From positions 3,008,001 to 3,072,000 of the forward strand of contig CAWDML010000001.1 of NCBI GenBank assembly GCA_963803435.1: DNA of 64,000 nt, read 5' to 3'. Below the pieces are notes generated by a model. That model was not told where the DNA came from. It was given only the letters and a program-made list of their open reading frames with translations, and did not search any database. Shown in pieces: positions 54,335-64,000 of the stretch. The stretch is from an uncultured delta proteobacterium. Its GTDB lineage: Bacteria > Myxococcota > Kuafuiibacteriia > Kuafuiibacteriales > Kuafuiibacteriaceae. A program made the translations under genes and the position numbers. Within the stretch, counting starts at the first letter, position 1. Each line of letters begins with the position of its first letter.

Positions 54335-54735
54335 GGAGCGACAGTGAGGCTGTAAGCCGAGTTTTGTGCCCGCCGAAGCGGCGACGACCATTCCTCTAGG
54401 CGCTCCGTTGCCGGAGCGCTCCAGCAGCCTACCCGGATCCTCAGGCGGGCCACCTGTCGGCGCTCTTGCGAGCGTCGCGGATCCCTATTCGGCCTTGCAC
54501 CGGATGGGGTTTGCCGTGCCAGACGTGTCACCACGCCCGCGGTGCGCTCTTACCGCACCGGTTCGCCCTCGCCGCGTCCCCTGCGCCGAAGCACAGGCTG
54601 ATCGGCGGTGTGTTTTCTGTGGCACTGTCCTGCAAGTCACCTTGACTGGCCGTTAGCCAGCATCCTGCCCTTTGGAGCTCGGACTTTCCTCCCGTGGCCG
54701 AAGCCACCGGCGGCCGCCCGCCTCACTGTCGCTCC
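54335..54735 (-). ncRNA. rnpB: RNase P RNA (bacterial type A)
   Basis: Conserved GAGGAAAGTCCGAGCTCC near the 5' end and ACAAAACTCGGCTTACAG near the 3' end; terminal P1 helix 54335-54350 pairs with 54720-54735. Confidence 0.95.
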
Positions 54736-54794
54736 AGACGAACCATCGATAGCGCCTTTGACCCAACCGAGCAATGCCGTCGTATGCTCGCGCC

Positions 54795-55280
54795 ATGCGT
54801 TGGACACTCCCGCTCGCTCTCCTCCTCCTGATCCCGAGCCTCGCGTTCGCCGAGATCACGTTCACGCCCGCGAAGACGTGGAAGGAGTCGACCCCGACCT
54901 CGTCGATGCGAAAGGCCCAGTACGCCGTCGGCGACGCCGAGGTCATCATCTACTACTTCGGCCTGGATCAGGGCGGGAGCGCCGAGCAGAACATCGAGCG
55001 CTGGAAGTCCCAGTTCACCGGCGGTCCCGCGCCCACCGTCGAGAAGAAGAAGTTCGGCCCCTTCGACGCCAGCGTCCTCGACGTCCGTGGCACGTATACA
55101 GTGCCGGATTTCATGCAGAGCAAGACCAAGGAGGAGCCGAAGAAAGGCTGGCGGATGATCGCCGCCGTCCTCGAGACTCCGGAGGGCCGATACTTCGTGC
55201 GCTTGATCGGCCCCGAGAAGACCGTGGAGAACGCCAAGAAGGACTTCGAGGCGTTCCTGAGCTCGGCGAAGAAGACCTAG
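54795..55280 (+). CDS. Hypothetical secreted protein
   Basis: Signal peptide; MRKAQY, GGSAEQNIERWKSQF, YFVRLIGP.KTV. Confidence 0.75.
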   Translation: MRWTLPLALLLLIPSLAFAEITFTPAKTWKESTPTSSMRKAQYAVGDAEVIIYYFGLDQGGSAEQNIERWKSQFTGGPAPTVEKKKFGPFDASVLDVRGTYTVPDFMQSKTKEEPKKGWRMIAAVLETPEGRYFVRLIGPEKTVENAKKDFEAFLSSAKKT

Positions 55281-55289
55281 GACCCGTTC

Positions 55290-56019
55290 CTATTTCGTCT
55301 CGAATCTCGTGGACCAGCTCCTCGTGGATGAGGATGCGGTTGCAGGTGCTGCAGGTCTCGATCGCCGAGTACTTGAGAAGCTCGACCACCAGCTGCGGGC
55401 GGAGGGAGACGTTGCAGCCGCTGCAGTTGCCCTTCTCCGCGACGGCCACCGCGATCCCGTTGCGTCGGACGCGGACCTGCTCGTAGCGCTTCATCACGTT
55501 GTCCGGGATCTTCGCGACCAGCAGGTCCCGCCCGTGCTTCGCCTTCTGCGCGTCGGAGTTGAGCTTGGCCTGGGCGCTGCGGAGCTCCCCGACCTTCGCC
55601 ATGACGTCGGCCTCGCGCTCCCGGAGGTAGGCCTCCTTCGAGGCGATCACCTTCTGCTTGGCCTCCAGCTCGCCCATGATGTCGACGATCCGGTCCTCGA
55701 ACCCCTTGACCTGCCGCTCGGCCATCTCGATCTCGCGAGACAGCGCCTGGTACTCGCGCGGGCTCTTGATGTCGTTGAGGCGGCGCTTCCACTTCTGGAC
55801 CTTGGCGCCGTCCTCGCTGACCTGGCCGTCGAGCGTCTGCTGCTCCTGCCTCAGGGCTTCGGCTTCACCGTTGATCTGGCCGAGGTCGGTTCGAAGGACT
55901 TCGGGTTCACTTTCGAGCTCGGTGATCTTCTTGGGGATCGCGAGCGCACCACGCTCGAACTCGAGCGCGGCGCTGTCGATCTTCTGGAGCTGATAGAGGG
56001 CTACGAGGGTGTCGCGCAC
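55290..56019 (-). CDS. Coiled-coil protein with C-terminal C4 zinc ribbon (DUF164-like); stop probably obscured by a +1 error
   Basis: LYQLQKID, REYQALSREI, CSGCNV...CSTCNRIL. As assembled it reads on to 55111; removing one A from GAAATAG gives a stop at 55290. Confidence 0.8.
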
Positions 56020-56150
56020 AGTGGGAGGCCTCCAAATGTGAGGGCGGAAAGAGTGGAGCGGTGGGGGGAGCAGGAAGGGATGGGACCGCGGGGTCCGTGT
56101 GTCTTTGGTTGGGTTCGTGCTCTTCCTTCAAGCAACGACGTACACCTCAG

Positions 56151-56223
56151 TGGGCCCACCTGGATTCGAACCAGGGACCTATCGGTTATGAGCCGACAGC
56201 TCTAACCGCTGAGCTATGGGCCC
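56151..56223 (-). tRNA. tRNA with CAU anticodon, most likely tRNA-Ile2 (lysidine-modified); CCA not encoded
   Basis: GGGCCCATAGCTCAGCGGTTAGAGCTGTCGGCTCATAACCGATAGGTCCCTGGTTCGAATCCAGGTGGGCCCA folds as a cloverleaf; paired position 1-72 and no GGG/CCC anticodon stem, so it is not fMet. Confidence 0.9.
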
Positions 56224-56310
56224 CGACCCAGGGGGCCAGACCTACGCCTTCGATCCTGATGCGTCAAGGGAACGGATCTCGCCTAGGGCGCGCCCCTAGA
56301 GGAGCGCGCA

Positions 56311-56904
56311 TCAAGCGCGGAGATCGCCCGTTCGCTCGGTGAGCGCGCGTCGCTTCGTCTCGATCTGCTCCATCAACGCCGCCCGCACCGCGTCCTTGTC
56401 CTCGTTTCCTGCGAGCGCCGCCGCTGCTCTATTCAATAGATCGATGTCCCGCTCTGTCCGGCTCTGGATGGCATCGCAGGCCACCTCGAGCGCCTCCAGC
56501 ACCTCCTTGAACTCGTCGCCCCTGCGGAGCCGACGGATCTGAGGGACGCGGCCGTCCGAGAGCGACAGCAGGTAGCGACGGAACACGTAGATGGGACCGG
56601 CCATCCGGTGCGTGATGAAGACGCCGATGAAGAAGATGAGGATGTTGAAGATGACGAGCGCCCCGACCATCATCAGGACCATCTGCGCGTCCGCGTCCGC
56701 GAGCTGCGCCTGGAAGGCAGCGTCGAGGTCCGCCTCGAGCTGCAGCATCCGTGAGTTCTCCCGCATCTGATCCACGAGGAAATAGCCGAGCCCGCTGGAA
56801 ATGATCGACGACATGGCGACGAGCATGAAGCAGTACTTGAGCTGGAACCGCGCGTTCAGCAGCAGGTTCGTCATACGACGATTGTGTCTTCCTCCGTCGT
56901 TCAC
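56311..56904 (-). CDS. Two-TM membrane protein with HAMP-like segment
   Basis: RFQLKY, two TM helices, THRMAGP, LRRGDEF. Confidence 0.75.
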   Translation of the reverse strand: MNDGGRHNRRMTNLLLNARFQLKYCFMLVAMSSIISSGLGYFLVDQMRENSRMLQLEADLDAAFQAQLADADAQMVLMMVGALVIFNILIFFIGVFITHRMAGPIYVFRRYLLSLSDGRVPQIRRLRRGDEFKEVLEALEVACDAIQSRTERDIDLLNRAAAALAGNEDKDAVRAALMEQIETKRRALTERTGDLRA

Positions 56905-56907
56905 GAC

Positions 56908-57678
56908 TCATCCCCCGATCTGGGCCATCGAATCCTGGATCGCCTTGTTAACGGCTGCCTCGAGCAACTTGAGTTGCAATCTTATCAGACTCGGACCGGC
57001 AACCTTGGCGCGCGCACTGGCGCGGGCCGACATCACGTGACGCAAATTGTTGTCGGGCCAGGTCGCGATGGCGATCTTCACGCCGACCGTCACCTGGCTC
57101 GCGCCCGCATCGCCGGGCGTCACCGAGAGCTCCGACACGCTCCCTTTCATGTGGTAGCCGCTCCCGTTGCGGTCGCCCACCACGTAGCGCCCGAGGGCCG
57201 CCGTCTGGAACCCGCGCTCGAGGCCGCTCCGCAGCGCCTGTTCGAGCTCGTCCGAGGACGACACACCCGGCACACGGTCCGTGCTGATCACCAGCACCGC
57301 CTTCGACGTGCTCAGCTTTCCCAGGGCTTCCTTCGCCTGCTGGCGCACGAACTCGTCAGGATCGGCCATCGCCCGGTGAAGCGCCGCCTCGCCGCGCGGA
57401 TCGCTGAGCCCGCCCAGCGCGGCGCACGCCATACCGCGCACCAGGTGCTCTTCGTCCTCGGTCGCCGCCGTCGAGAGCGCGGCCATGATCTCGTCGGTGG
57501 GCCGCTCCTTGGTCTTCTCCAGCGTCTTGAGCAGGACCCGGATCGCCTGCATCCGCACCTTGTAGGCTGAGTCGGTCCGGATGACCCGGATCAGCTTGCT
57601 GTGCTCATCGCCGGCCTCGGCGCCCGCGCCGAAGATCGAGAACGCGACCAGTCCCGCGATGAGCCCGACCCATCTCAC
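56908..57678 (-). CDS. Secreted HEAT-repeat protein
   Basis: Signal peptide; KVRMQAIRVL, LVRGMACAALG, DPDEFVRQQAKEALG. Confidence 0.75.
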   Translation of the reverse strand: MRWVGLIAGLVAFSIFGAGAEAGDEHSKLIRVIRTDSAYKVRMQAIRVLLKTLEKTKERPTDEIMAALSTAATEDEEHLVRGMACAALGGLSDPRGEAALHRAMADPDEFVRQQAKEALGKLSTSKAVLVISTDRVPGVSSSDELEQALRSGLERGFQTAALGRYVVGDRNGSGYHMKGSVSELSVTPGDAGASQVTVGVKIAIATWPDNNLRHVMSARASARAKVAGPSLIRLQLKLLEAAVNKAIQDSMAQIGG

Positions 57679-57679
57679 T

Positions 57680-58747
57680 CTAGGCAGATGCCGCGGCGCC
57701 TTCCTTGGTCCAGGTCTTCTGACCGTCGCGGGCCATCCGAGCGGCCAACCGCAGCGCTTCGATCATGCTCCTCGCCGAAGCGATGCCGCGCCCGGCGATG
57801 TCGTAGGCCGTCCCGTGATCCACGCTGGTTCGGATCACCGGGAGGCCCAAGGTCACGTTCACGGCGCGATCGAAGTCGAGCAGCTTGATCGGGATGAGCG
57901 CCTGGTCGTGATACATCCCGATCACGACGTCGAACTCGCCCGAGACCGCGCGGTGGAAGACCGTGTCGGCGGGAAAGGGACCCGACACGCCGATCCCGTC
58001 TCGGCGCGCCTCCTCGATCGCCGGCACCAGCTCCTCGCGCTCTTCGCTGCCGAACAGCCCGCCCTCCCCCGCGTGAGGGTTGAGGCCGGCCACGGCGATC
58101 CTCGGCTTGTGCCGCGAGAAGTGCCGGCGGAAGGCGTCATCGGTCACCCGAATCGCGTAGAGCACGCGGGCCCGGGTCACCTGCGCGGGCACGTCCACGA
58201 GCGGGATGTGCGTGGTCAGCGGCACCACCTTCAAGGTCGGTCCCGCGAGCATCATCATCGGGACCCACCGCTCGCCGTCGCTTCGCGGCCGGTACCGGGT
58301 GCTGAGGTCGGCGAGCATCTCGGTGTGCCCGGTCCAGGGCGCACCGGCCCGGGACATCGAGGCCTTGCTGAGCGGCGCTGTCGCGATCGCATCGACCAGC
58401 CCGCCGACCACAGCCTCGAACGCCCGCTCGATGTACGTCACCTGCGCCGCGTCGGAGGCCGGCGTCGGGACGCTCCAGGCGAAGGCGTCCAGCCTGGAGA
58501 TCGGCACCACCGGGAGTCGATCGATGGCCTGATGCTCGCGCGCGTCTTCGACCCGTACCTCGACGATCTCGAGATCCATGGTGGCGTCGCGGGCAGCGCG
58601 GGTCAGGACGTTCGGATCACCGAACACGACCAGGTCGGCGTCCCCTCGGACATCGGGCACGCTCGCCGCCTTCACGGTCACCTCTGCGCCGATGCCGGCC
58701 GGGTCCCCCATCGTGATCGCGAGGAGCGGGCGATCGGTCGAGCTCAC
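57680..58747 (-). CDS. pdxA: 4-hydroxythreonine-4-phosphate dehydrogenase
   Basis: ITMGDPAGIG.E, TAPLSK, GHTE, GLNPHAGE.G, MYHDQ, RTSVDHGTAYDIAG. Confidence 0.95.
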   Translation of the reverse strand: MSSTDRPLLAITMGDPAGIGAEVTVKAASVPDVRGDADLVVFGDPNVLTRAARDATMDLEIVEVRVEDAREHQAIDRLPVVPISRLDAFAWSVPTPASDAAQVTYIERAFEAVVGGLVDAIATAPLSKASMSRAGAPWTGHTEMLADLSTRYRPRSDGERWVPMMMLAGPTLKVVPLTTHIPLVDVPAQVTRARVLYAIRVTDDAFRRHFSRHKPRIAVAGLNPHAGEGGLFGSEEREELVPAIEEARRDGIGVSGPFPADTVFHRAVSGEFDVVIGMYHDQALIPIKLLDFDRAVNVTLGLPVIRTSVDHGTAYDIAGRGIASARSMIEALRLAARMARDGQKTWTKEGAAASA

Positions 58748-60931
58748 GGATTCGGTGCCCCGGACGATTCCCCGCTGGCCTGCAGCTCGACGTCGCGGAT
58801 CATCTTGTGCACGCGGGAGGCGTCGGGCGCGTTGGGGCGCAGCTGAACGTACCGGCGATAGTGCAGCACCGAAGCCTGGGTGTCGTCGAGCTGCGCGTAG
58901 AGCACCCCGAGCAAACGGTGGCACTCGGCGAACGTCTCGTCCTTCTCCACGCACTCCACCAGCGCGTCTTTGGCGGCGGACAGACGTCCTGCCAGCAGGG
59001 CCTTCTTGCCCTTGGTGAAGAGCGCGCGCACGGCCGACTGATCGTGCTTCGGTCGGCGCGGCACCACCCGCCGAACCTTCACGGGGGGCGGCGTGGGATC
59101 GCGGGCGGTCGTTGGGGTGGGATCTTCGACGTCGGCCTCGGGATCGGCGTCTTCGGCGTCGTCACCCTCGGGCGGCTCCACCTCGGCCACCTCGGGGGGC
59201 GGCTCCTTGAGGAGCGATTGCTGCTTCAGGAGGAGGACGTCGACCTGCCCGCACATCCGGTACGACTGGGCGGGGTTCGCGAACTTCACGCCCGACTTGC
59301 AGAGCCGCTGGGCCTCCTCGTACCGCTTCTCCTCGAAGAGGCCCTTGAGCATCCGGTCGTTGGCGTCGTCGTCCGAGCCGCTGAGGAGCGAGAGCCCGAT
59401 CGCCGCGACCACGCCGGCCAGGACCACGATCGCCACCAGGAGCACCAGCGGCCGTCCCTTGCCGGTACCGGGCGCGCGCTCGAGGGCCGGGACCGCCGGC
59501 TGGGGCTTCGTGAGCTCGACCTCCATGTCGGCGGCGATCGCCCCTCCGGCGGTCGGTGCGGTGGCCGACGCCGCGGCGCGCGACGACACGTGATTGATCT
59601 CGGTGGGCCGCTCGTCTTCGGTGGCGCGCTTCGGCGCCGCGCCATTCTTGGGAGAGTGCGAGTCGTTGCGGCGCCGCGGGGCGGGGCTCGGCTTGGTCTC
59701 GACCTTCGGCGCGAAGACCTCGTTCATGCTGAGGGCCGACAGCGGCGTATCGGTGACCGTGGCGGCCGTCGACGGATCGTAGCCGCCGACCTCGTTCGGC
59801 ACGTCGACCGCCTTCATCGGGGCGGGCTCGCGCGCCTCCCGCGACGGCGGCTCGACGCCGGCCTCGCGCATCTCGCGCGCCTCCTCGTCGGTGGGCGCGA
59901 AGTCCTCGGTGGCGGGGACGAAGCGGAACCGCACGTGGCCGAGCTCGATCAGAATCTCCCTTGCGAAGATCCGTCATCGCGTACTCCTCGCCGTTGACGA
60001 GGATGCCGTTCGCGCTCTGGAGGTCGATGATCTTGTGAGTGCGGCCGTCGTACAGGATCTTGGCGTGATTGCGGGACACCGAGCGGTGCTCGATCACGAT
60101 GTCGTTGTCCTCGACCCGTCCGATGATCAGCTCGGGGCGCGTCAACGCGAACTCGCGGCCCGCGTAGTGGGTGCTGACGCAGATCAGGCGCGGGACCGCG
60201 GCCATCCGTGAGGGTCCGACCGACAGGGACTTGGTGGGCTCGTCGTCCCCCGGCTTGACGACCGGCGCCGCGGCACCGCTGAAGAACGGCACGCGCGCCG
60301 GCGTGGGGCTGGCGGGCGTGGGGAACGGGGGGAGCTGCGGCGAGTGGTGCTTGACGCCGTCCTTGTGCCCCACCGGCAGGGTGTGCTCGGCCGGGATCGT
60401 CTGGGCGATCGCCGCGGGGAGCTCGGGCGGCGCCGGTTGATCGACGATGGTGTCCCGCGTCGAGACCTGCGGACCGGGCGGCGCACCTTCTGCCAGGATC
60501 TCCTCGGGCAGGCGGAAGTCGGGGACCGTTCCGACCGCCGGCCAACCTTCCGGTTTGGCGGTCGGCACCTCGTCGTCGGCGGCGTCCTCGACCTCCTGCC
60601 GTTGCAGCGCCAGGTGGTAGTCGCCGATCTCGACGAGATCGCCTTCCTTCACCTCGTACCGACCGCTGATCCGCTCACCGTTGATGCGGATGCCGTTGTA
60701 GCTGTCGAGGTCTTCGATGTAGACGGCGCCGTTCGCGCGCAACAGCTTGGCGTGGCGGCGCGAAACGTTCCGCTCCATCAAACGGATCGTGTTGCCATCC
60801 CTCCGACCAATGGAGATGTCGCCATTTGCCAGGGGGTAGACGGTCGTCTTCCCCTCGTCGTCCTCGATGATGAGCTTGAAGATCGTCGCCACGGGGGACG
60901 GGCCTCGGACCGCCAACGTCTCGGATACCAT
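58744..60931 (-). CDS. Double-FHA, TM, C-terminal TPR protein; +1 frameshift at ~59953
   Basis: FHA1 IGR...NVSRRHA...SYNG and FHA2 IGR...SVSRNHA...SANG. DLRKGD continues as LIELGHVRFRF only after removing one T; then a TM helix and a TPR (AECHRLLG...YRRYVQLRP). Confidence 0.8.
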
Positions 60932-60963
60932 GGTGATTTCGGGTGGTAAAGGCGGCCCCCGTC

Positions 60964-62178
60964 CTACCTCCTGATCGGCTCCGAAACCCGCTTGCTGGGC
61001 GTACCTTTAACCCAACGACGAAGGAGCGTCAGGGCGGCCTCGAGCTGGTTGTCGGCCGGCTCGGGTGGATCGGCCTCCGAAGGGGAACCCCGGTTCGCCG
61101 CCAGCGGCACGACGACATCGGGGGTGATACCGGTACCTTGGATCGATCGATGGTGCGGTGTGAAGTAGCGCGCAATCGTCAGCTTCAGGGCCGAGTGATC
61201 CTCGAGCTCGATCACGGTCTGGACCGAGCCCTTCCCATACGTCTGGGTACCGACCAGCATCGCCCGTTTGTGATCCTGAAGCGCGCCGGCCACGATCTCG
61301 GACGCCGACGCGGTCCCTCCGTTGACCAGGAGGACCAGCGGGTAGCTCGACTCGGTACCCTTCGGATGCGCGAGCTCCAGATCGGGCGGGCGGTTGCGCC
61401 CCTCGGTCGACACGATCACGCCGCCCGACAGCCAGGTGTCGGCGACCCGTACGCCCTCATCGAGGAGACCGCCCGGGTTGTCGCGCAGGTCGAGGATCAA
61501 GCCCGGCAGCGGCCCGTCCTTCTCCAGCTGCTTCAACGCCAAGCTCACGTCGTGTGAGGTCCGCTCGGAGAAGCTCTTGATCTTGATGTAGCCGAAGCCT
61601 TCGCCGAGCTTCTCGGAGACGACGGAGAGGATCCGGATCCGATCGCGCGCGAGGATCACCTCGTCGACGCGACCGCTCGGGCGCTGCACCATCAGCGCAA
61701 GCTGCGATCCGGGCGGTCCCTTGATCCGCTGCACCACGTCGGCGAGCGACATCTCGGTCACCGAGCGCCCGGCCACCGACGCGATCAGATCGCCGACGGC
61801 GATCGCGGCGCGCGCCGCCGGGGTCTCGGGGTGCACCTCCACCACCACCACGGCGTTGTCCCGCTTCACGATCTCGATGCCGATGCCACCGAACTCGCCC
61901 TGCGCCTCGCTCTTGAGCGCCGCGAACTGATCCGGCTCCATGAACGTCGAGTGCACGTCGAGCGTGCCGAGCATTCCGCGGATCGCGCCGTAGATCAGAT
62001 GATCCGAGGCGGTGTCCTCCACGTAGTTATTCTCGACGTAGTTGAGGACGCGCGCGAAGATGGCGAGCTTCGCGTAGGTCTGATCGCCGTCGTCCCTACC
62101 GGCGAGCGCGGTCGAGAAGAGCGCTCCCCCCGCGAAGGCCGCCAGCACCGTGGTCGCTCGAAAGAGGAACCTCTGCAC
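60964..62178 (-). CDS. Carboxyl-terminal processing protease (S41A, CtpA-like)
   Basis: FGGIGI PDZ, LDLRDNPGGLL, ASASEIVAGALQD, TYGKGSVQ, GITPD. Confidence 0.93.
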   Translation of the reverse strand: MQRFLFRATTVLAAFAGGALFSTALAGRDDGDQTYAKLAIFARVLNYVENNYVEDTASDHLIYGAIRGMLGTLDVHSTFMEPDQFAALKSEAQGEFGGIGIEIVKRDNAVVVVEVHPETPAARAAIAVGDLIASVAGRSVTEMSLADVVQRIKGPPGSQLALMVQRPSGRVDEVILARDRIRILSVVSEKLGEGFGYIKIKSFSERTSHDVSLALKQLEKDGPLPGLILDLRDNPGGLLDEGVRVADTWLSGGVIVSTEGRNRPPDLELAHPKGTESSYPLVLLVNGGTASASEIVAGALQDHKRAMLVGTQTYGKGSVQTVIELEDHSALKLTIARYFTPHHRSIQGTGITPDVVVPLAANRGSPSEADPPEPADNQLEAALTLLRRWVKGTPSKRVSEPIRR

Positions 62179-62187
62179 GGACCGATC

Positions 62188-63297
62188 TTACTTCGTGAGC
62201 CAAAGAAGAGGATCGACCGGCTTCTTGCCCTCGCGGATCTCGAAGTACAGGTAGGCGCCCTTGGTGGATCCGGAGTCACCGACGTAGCCGATCACCTGGT
62301 ACTGATTCACCTTCTGCCCCACGCGCACGTCCAAGGACTCGCAGTGGGCATAGAGCGTGTACCAGCTCCCCCCGTGATCGATGATCGCGAGCAGCCCGTA
62401 GCCCTCCAGGGCGTCGGCGTAGACCACCGCCCCACCGAACACGGCCCGGATCGGGGTCGATTGGGCGGCGCGCACATCGAGGCCCTTCGACACCATCACC
62501 ATGCTCGACTCGGGATCGACCTTCTTGCCGAACGTCATCTCCAGGCGGCCGGTGGCGGGCCAGGGGAGGCGTCCTTTTTGCGCCCCGAAGCCGCCCTCGG
62601 CGGGCTCGGGCGCCGGCTCCAGGCCCCGCACCCGCGTCAGCTCCTTCTCCAGGCGCTTCGCCGCCGACTTCAGCTCGCGCGCCAGCCGCTGATAGGTCTG
62701 CTTCTCCGAGCGGATCGCGTCGAGCAGCGCCGCGCGTTCGGCCTTGAGCAGGAGCGCCTGCTCGGTCTCCTCGGCGAGGCCCGCCGAGAGCTCGGCGAAC
62801 CGGTTCTGCTCGCCGGCGAGCTCGGCCTTCAGGTTCTTGTCCTCGGTGCTCGCGTCACGCGCGGAGCGGATCAGGCCGGCGTCGTAGGCGAGCACGAAGC
62901 GCAGTCGATCGCGGACCCGCCGCACCTCGCTCTGATCGGAGATCCGCGCCAGGATGGAGGCGATGCTCGTCCGGCGGATCCGGTGCATCGCGGCGGCCCG
63001 CCGTCCTGCCAGGACCCGCAGCTTCGCCAGCTCCCGCTCCTTGATCTCGATCTTCTCGTCGAGCCCGTGGATCTTCTCCTCGATCCGCTTCGACAGTGCG
63101 GCCAGCTCGTCCATCGAGCGTTGCTTCTCCCGGATGCCCTGCTCGAGATCCATGAGGCCGCGCAGGATCGAGCTCTCCTCCCGCTTGAGATACTCGACGC
63201 GCACCCGATCCTGGGCGATGCGCTTCCGGATCGCGTCGTAGTCGGGGTGCGGCTGTGCCACGGCGCCGATCGAGAGCAGGATGGCGATCGCGTGCAT
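62188..63297 (-). CDS. envC: EnvC-like murein hydrolase activator (coiled coil plus M23/LytM)
   Basis: KGRLPWP, KGLDV (HxxxD His lost), IIDHG, TLYAH, YLYFEIR (HxH lost); lies downstream of ftsX. Confidence 0.8.
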   Translation of the reverse strand: MHAIAILLSIGAVAQPHPDYDAIRKRIAQDRVRVEYLKREESSILRGLMDLEQGIREKQRSMDELAALSKRIEEKIHGLDEKIEIKERELAKLRVLAGRRAAAMHRIRRTSIASILARISDQSEVRRVRDRLRFVLAYDAGLIRSARDASTEDKNLKAELAGEQNRFAELSAGLAEETEQALLLKAERAALLDAIRSEKQTYQRLARELKSAAKRLEKELTRVRGLEPAPEPAEGGFGAQKGRLPWPATGRLEMTFGKKVDPESSMVMVSKGLDVRAAQSTPIRAVFGGAVVYADALEGYGLLAIIDHGGSWYTLYAHCESLDVRVGQKVNQYQVIGYVGDSGSTKGAYLYFEIREGKKPVDPLLWLTK

Positions 63298-64000
63298 CAC
63301 AGCTTGAGGAACTTGCCGACCGCGAGCACGCTGCCGAGCAGCCCCAGGCCGAAGCCGGCCGCGATCAGGTACCCGAGGTATTCGATCGGAACGAACGAGA
63401 GCGAGATGGGACCGTACGCGTAGCTGAGACCGCGCTCGATCCCGACCCGCAGCGCGCCCTCGAGGAGGACCAGGCTCAGCCCGGCGAGCGAGCCGCCGAT
63501 GATCCCCTGGATCGCGCCCTCGAGCACGAAGGGCGCCCGCACGAAGGCGCCGGTGGCGCCGACCAGGCTCATGATCTCGATCTCGTCGCGGCGCGCATAG
63601 ACGGTGAGGCGGATGGTGTTCGACACGATCAACACGGTGCCGAGACACAGCGCGACACCGAGGATCACCACGGCGATGCGGGCGAAGCCGAGCAGCGCGT
63701 TGACCCGCTCGATCTCGTCCTGACCGAAGCGGACGTCGGCGATCAGCGTCGATCCCTGGAGCCGCCTGCTGACCGCCTCCACCTCCAGGACCGTCCACGC
63801 GCGAGCGGCCAGCCGCACCTCGATCGAGGGCGGGATGACCTCGGCGGGCAGACCGTCGAGGAGCACCGCGTCGGCGCCGAGCGACCGCTTGAACTCCGTC
63901 ATGGCCAGCTCGGAGGTGACGAACCGAGCCCGCTCCACCTCCGGCCAGGATCCGATCTCCGCCACGTACTGCTTGACGTCGGCGGCCGCCACCTCGGGCG
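63297..64000 (-). CDS. ftsX: Cell division permease FtsX (C-terminal part; runs off the window edge)
   Basis: NTIRLTVYARRDEIEIMSLVGAT..FVRAPFVLEG. Confidence 0.92.
   Translation of the reverse strand, partial: PEVAAADVKQYVAEIGSWPEVERARFVTSELAMTEFKRSLGADAVLLDGLPAEVIPPSIEVRLAARAWTVLEVEAVSRRLQGSTLIADVRFGQDEIERVNALLGFARIAVVILGVALCLGTVLIVSNTIRLTVYARRDEIEIMSLVGATGAFVRAPFVLEGAIQGIIGGSLAGLSLVLLEGALRVGIERGLSYAYGPISLSFVPIEYLGYLIAAGFGLGLLGSVLAVGKFLKL

Noticed and set aside
55111-55289. C-terminal extension of the zinc-ribbon protein overlapping the convergent gene
   Set aside because: Low-complexity Ser/Arg/Pro tail best explained by a one-base insertion just before the natural stop.
56151-56223. tRNA-Met/fMet assignment, or tRNA as an island integration site
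   Set aside because: The sequence lacks initiator features and resembles Ile2; no duplicated 3' end or integrase was seen.
62188-63297. M23 domain lacking zinc ligands as a novel pseudo-enzyme
   Set aside because: A degenerate LytM site is the normal, known state of EnvC next to ftsEX.

Overview
High-GC bacterial chromosome segment, most consistent with a Myxococcota/deltaproteobacterial genome (Cys-rich lipoproteins, FHA/TPR proteins, Ser/Thr kinase, multiheme cytochromes). Housekeeping landmarks: partial gshB, a cpxP/R/A-like two-component operon, thpR, a dksA-like gene, leucyl aminopeptidase, ggt, an orphan nuoL, RNase P RNA, tRNA-Ile2(CAU), pdxA and ftsX-envC-ctpA. The main findings are: (1) a 2771-aa iterative PUFA-synthase-like PKS with two apparently active KS domains, an ACP carrying Thr in place of the phosphopantetheinylated Ser, and an internal C45/Ntn-hydrolase-like (GG|CT) domain, with a PPTase gene nearby; (2) a cNMP-binding/4Fe-4S/membrane protein, an FHA-FHA-heptaheme cytochrome and a nonaheme cytochrome forming a possible signal-gated redox module; (3) a ~50-bp hairpin element inserted in frame into two unrelated proteins, both gaining the peptide VIPRSQDGExGKA; (4) several apparent pseudo-enzymes (SLT, NlpC/P60, an EF-Tu paralog); (5) a perfect 46-bp inverted-repeat cassette; (6) a recurrent leaderless-promoter signature. 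Three single-base frameshifts in short homopolymers suggest assembly errors. All calls come from reading motifs by eye; no database search was run.
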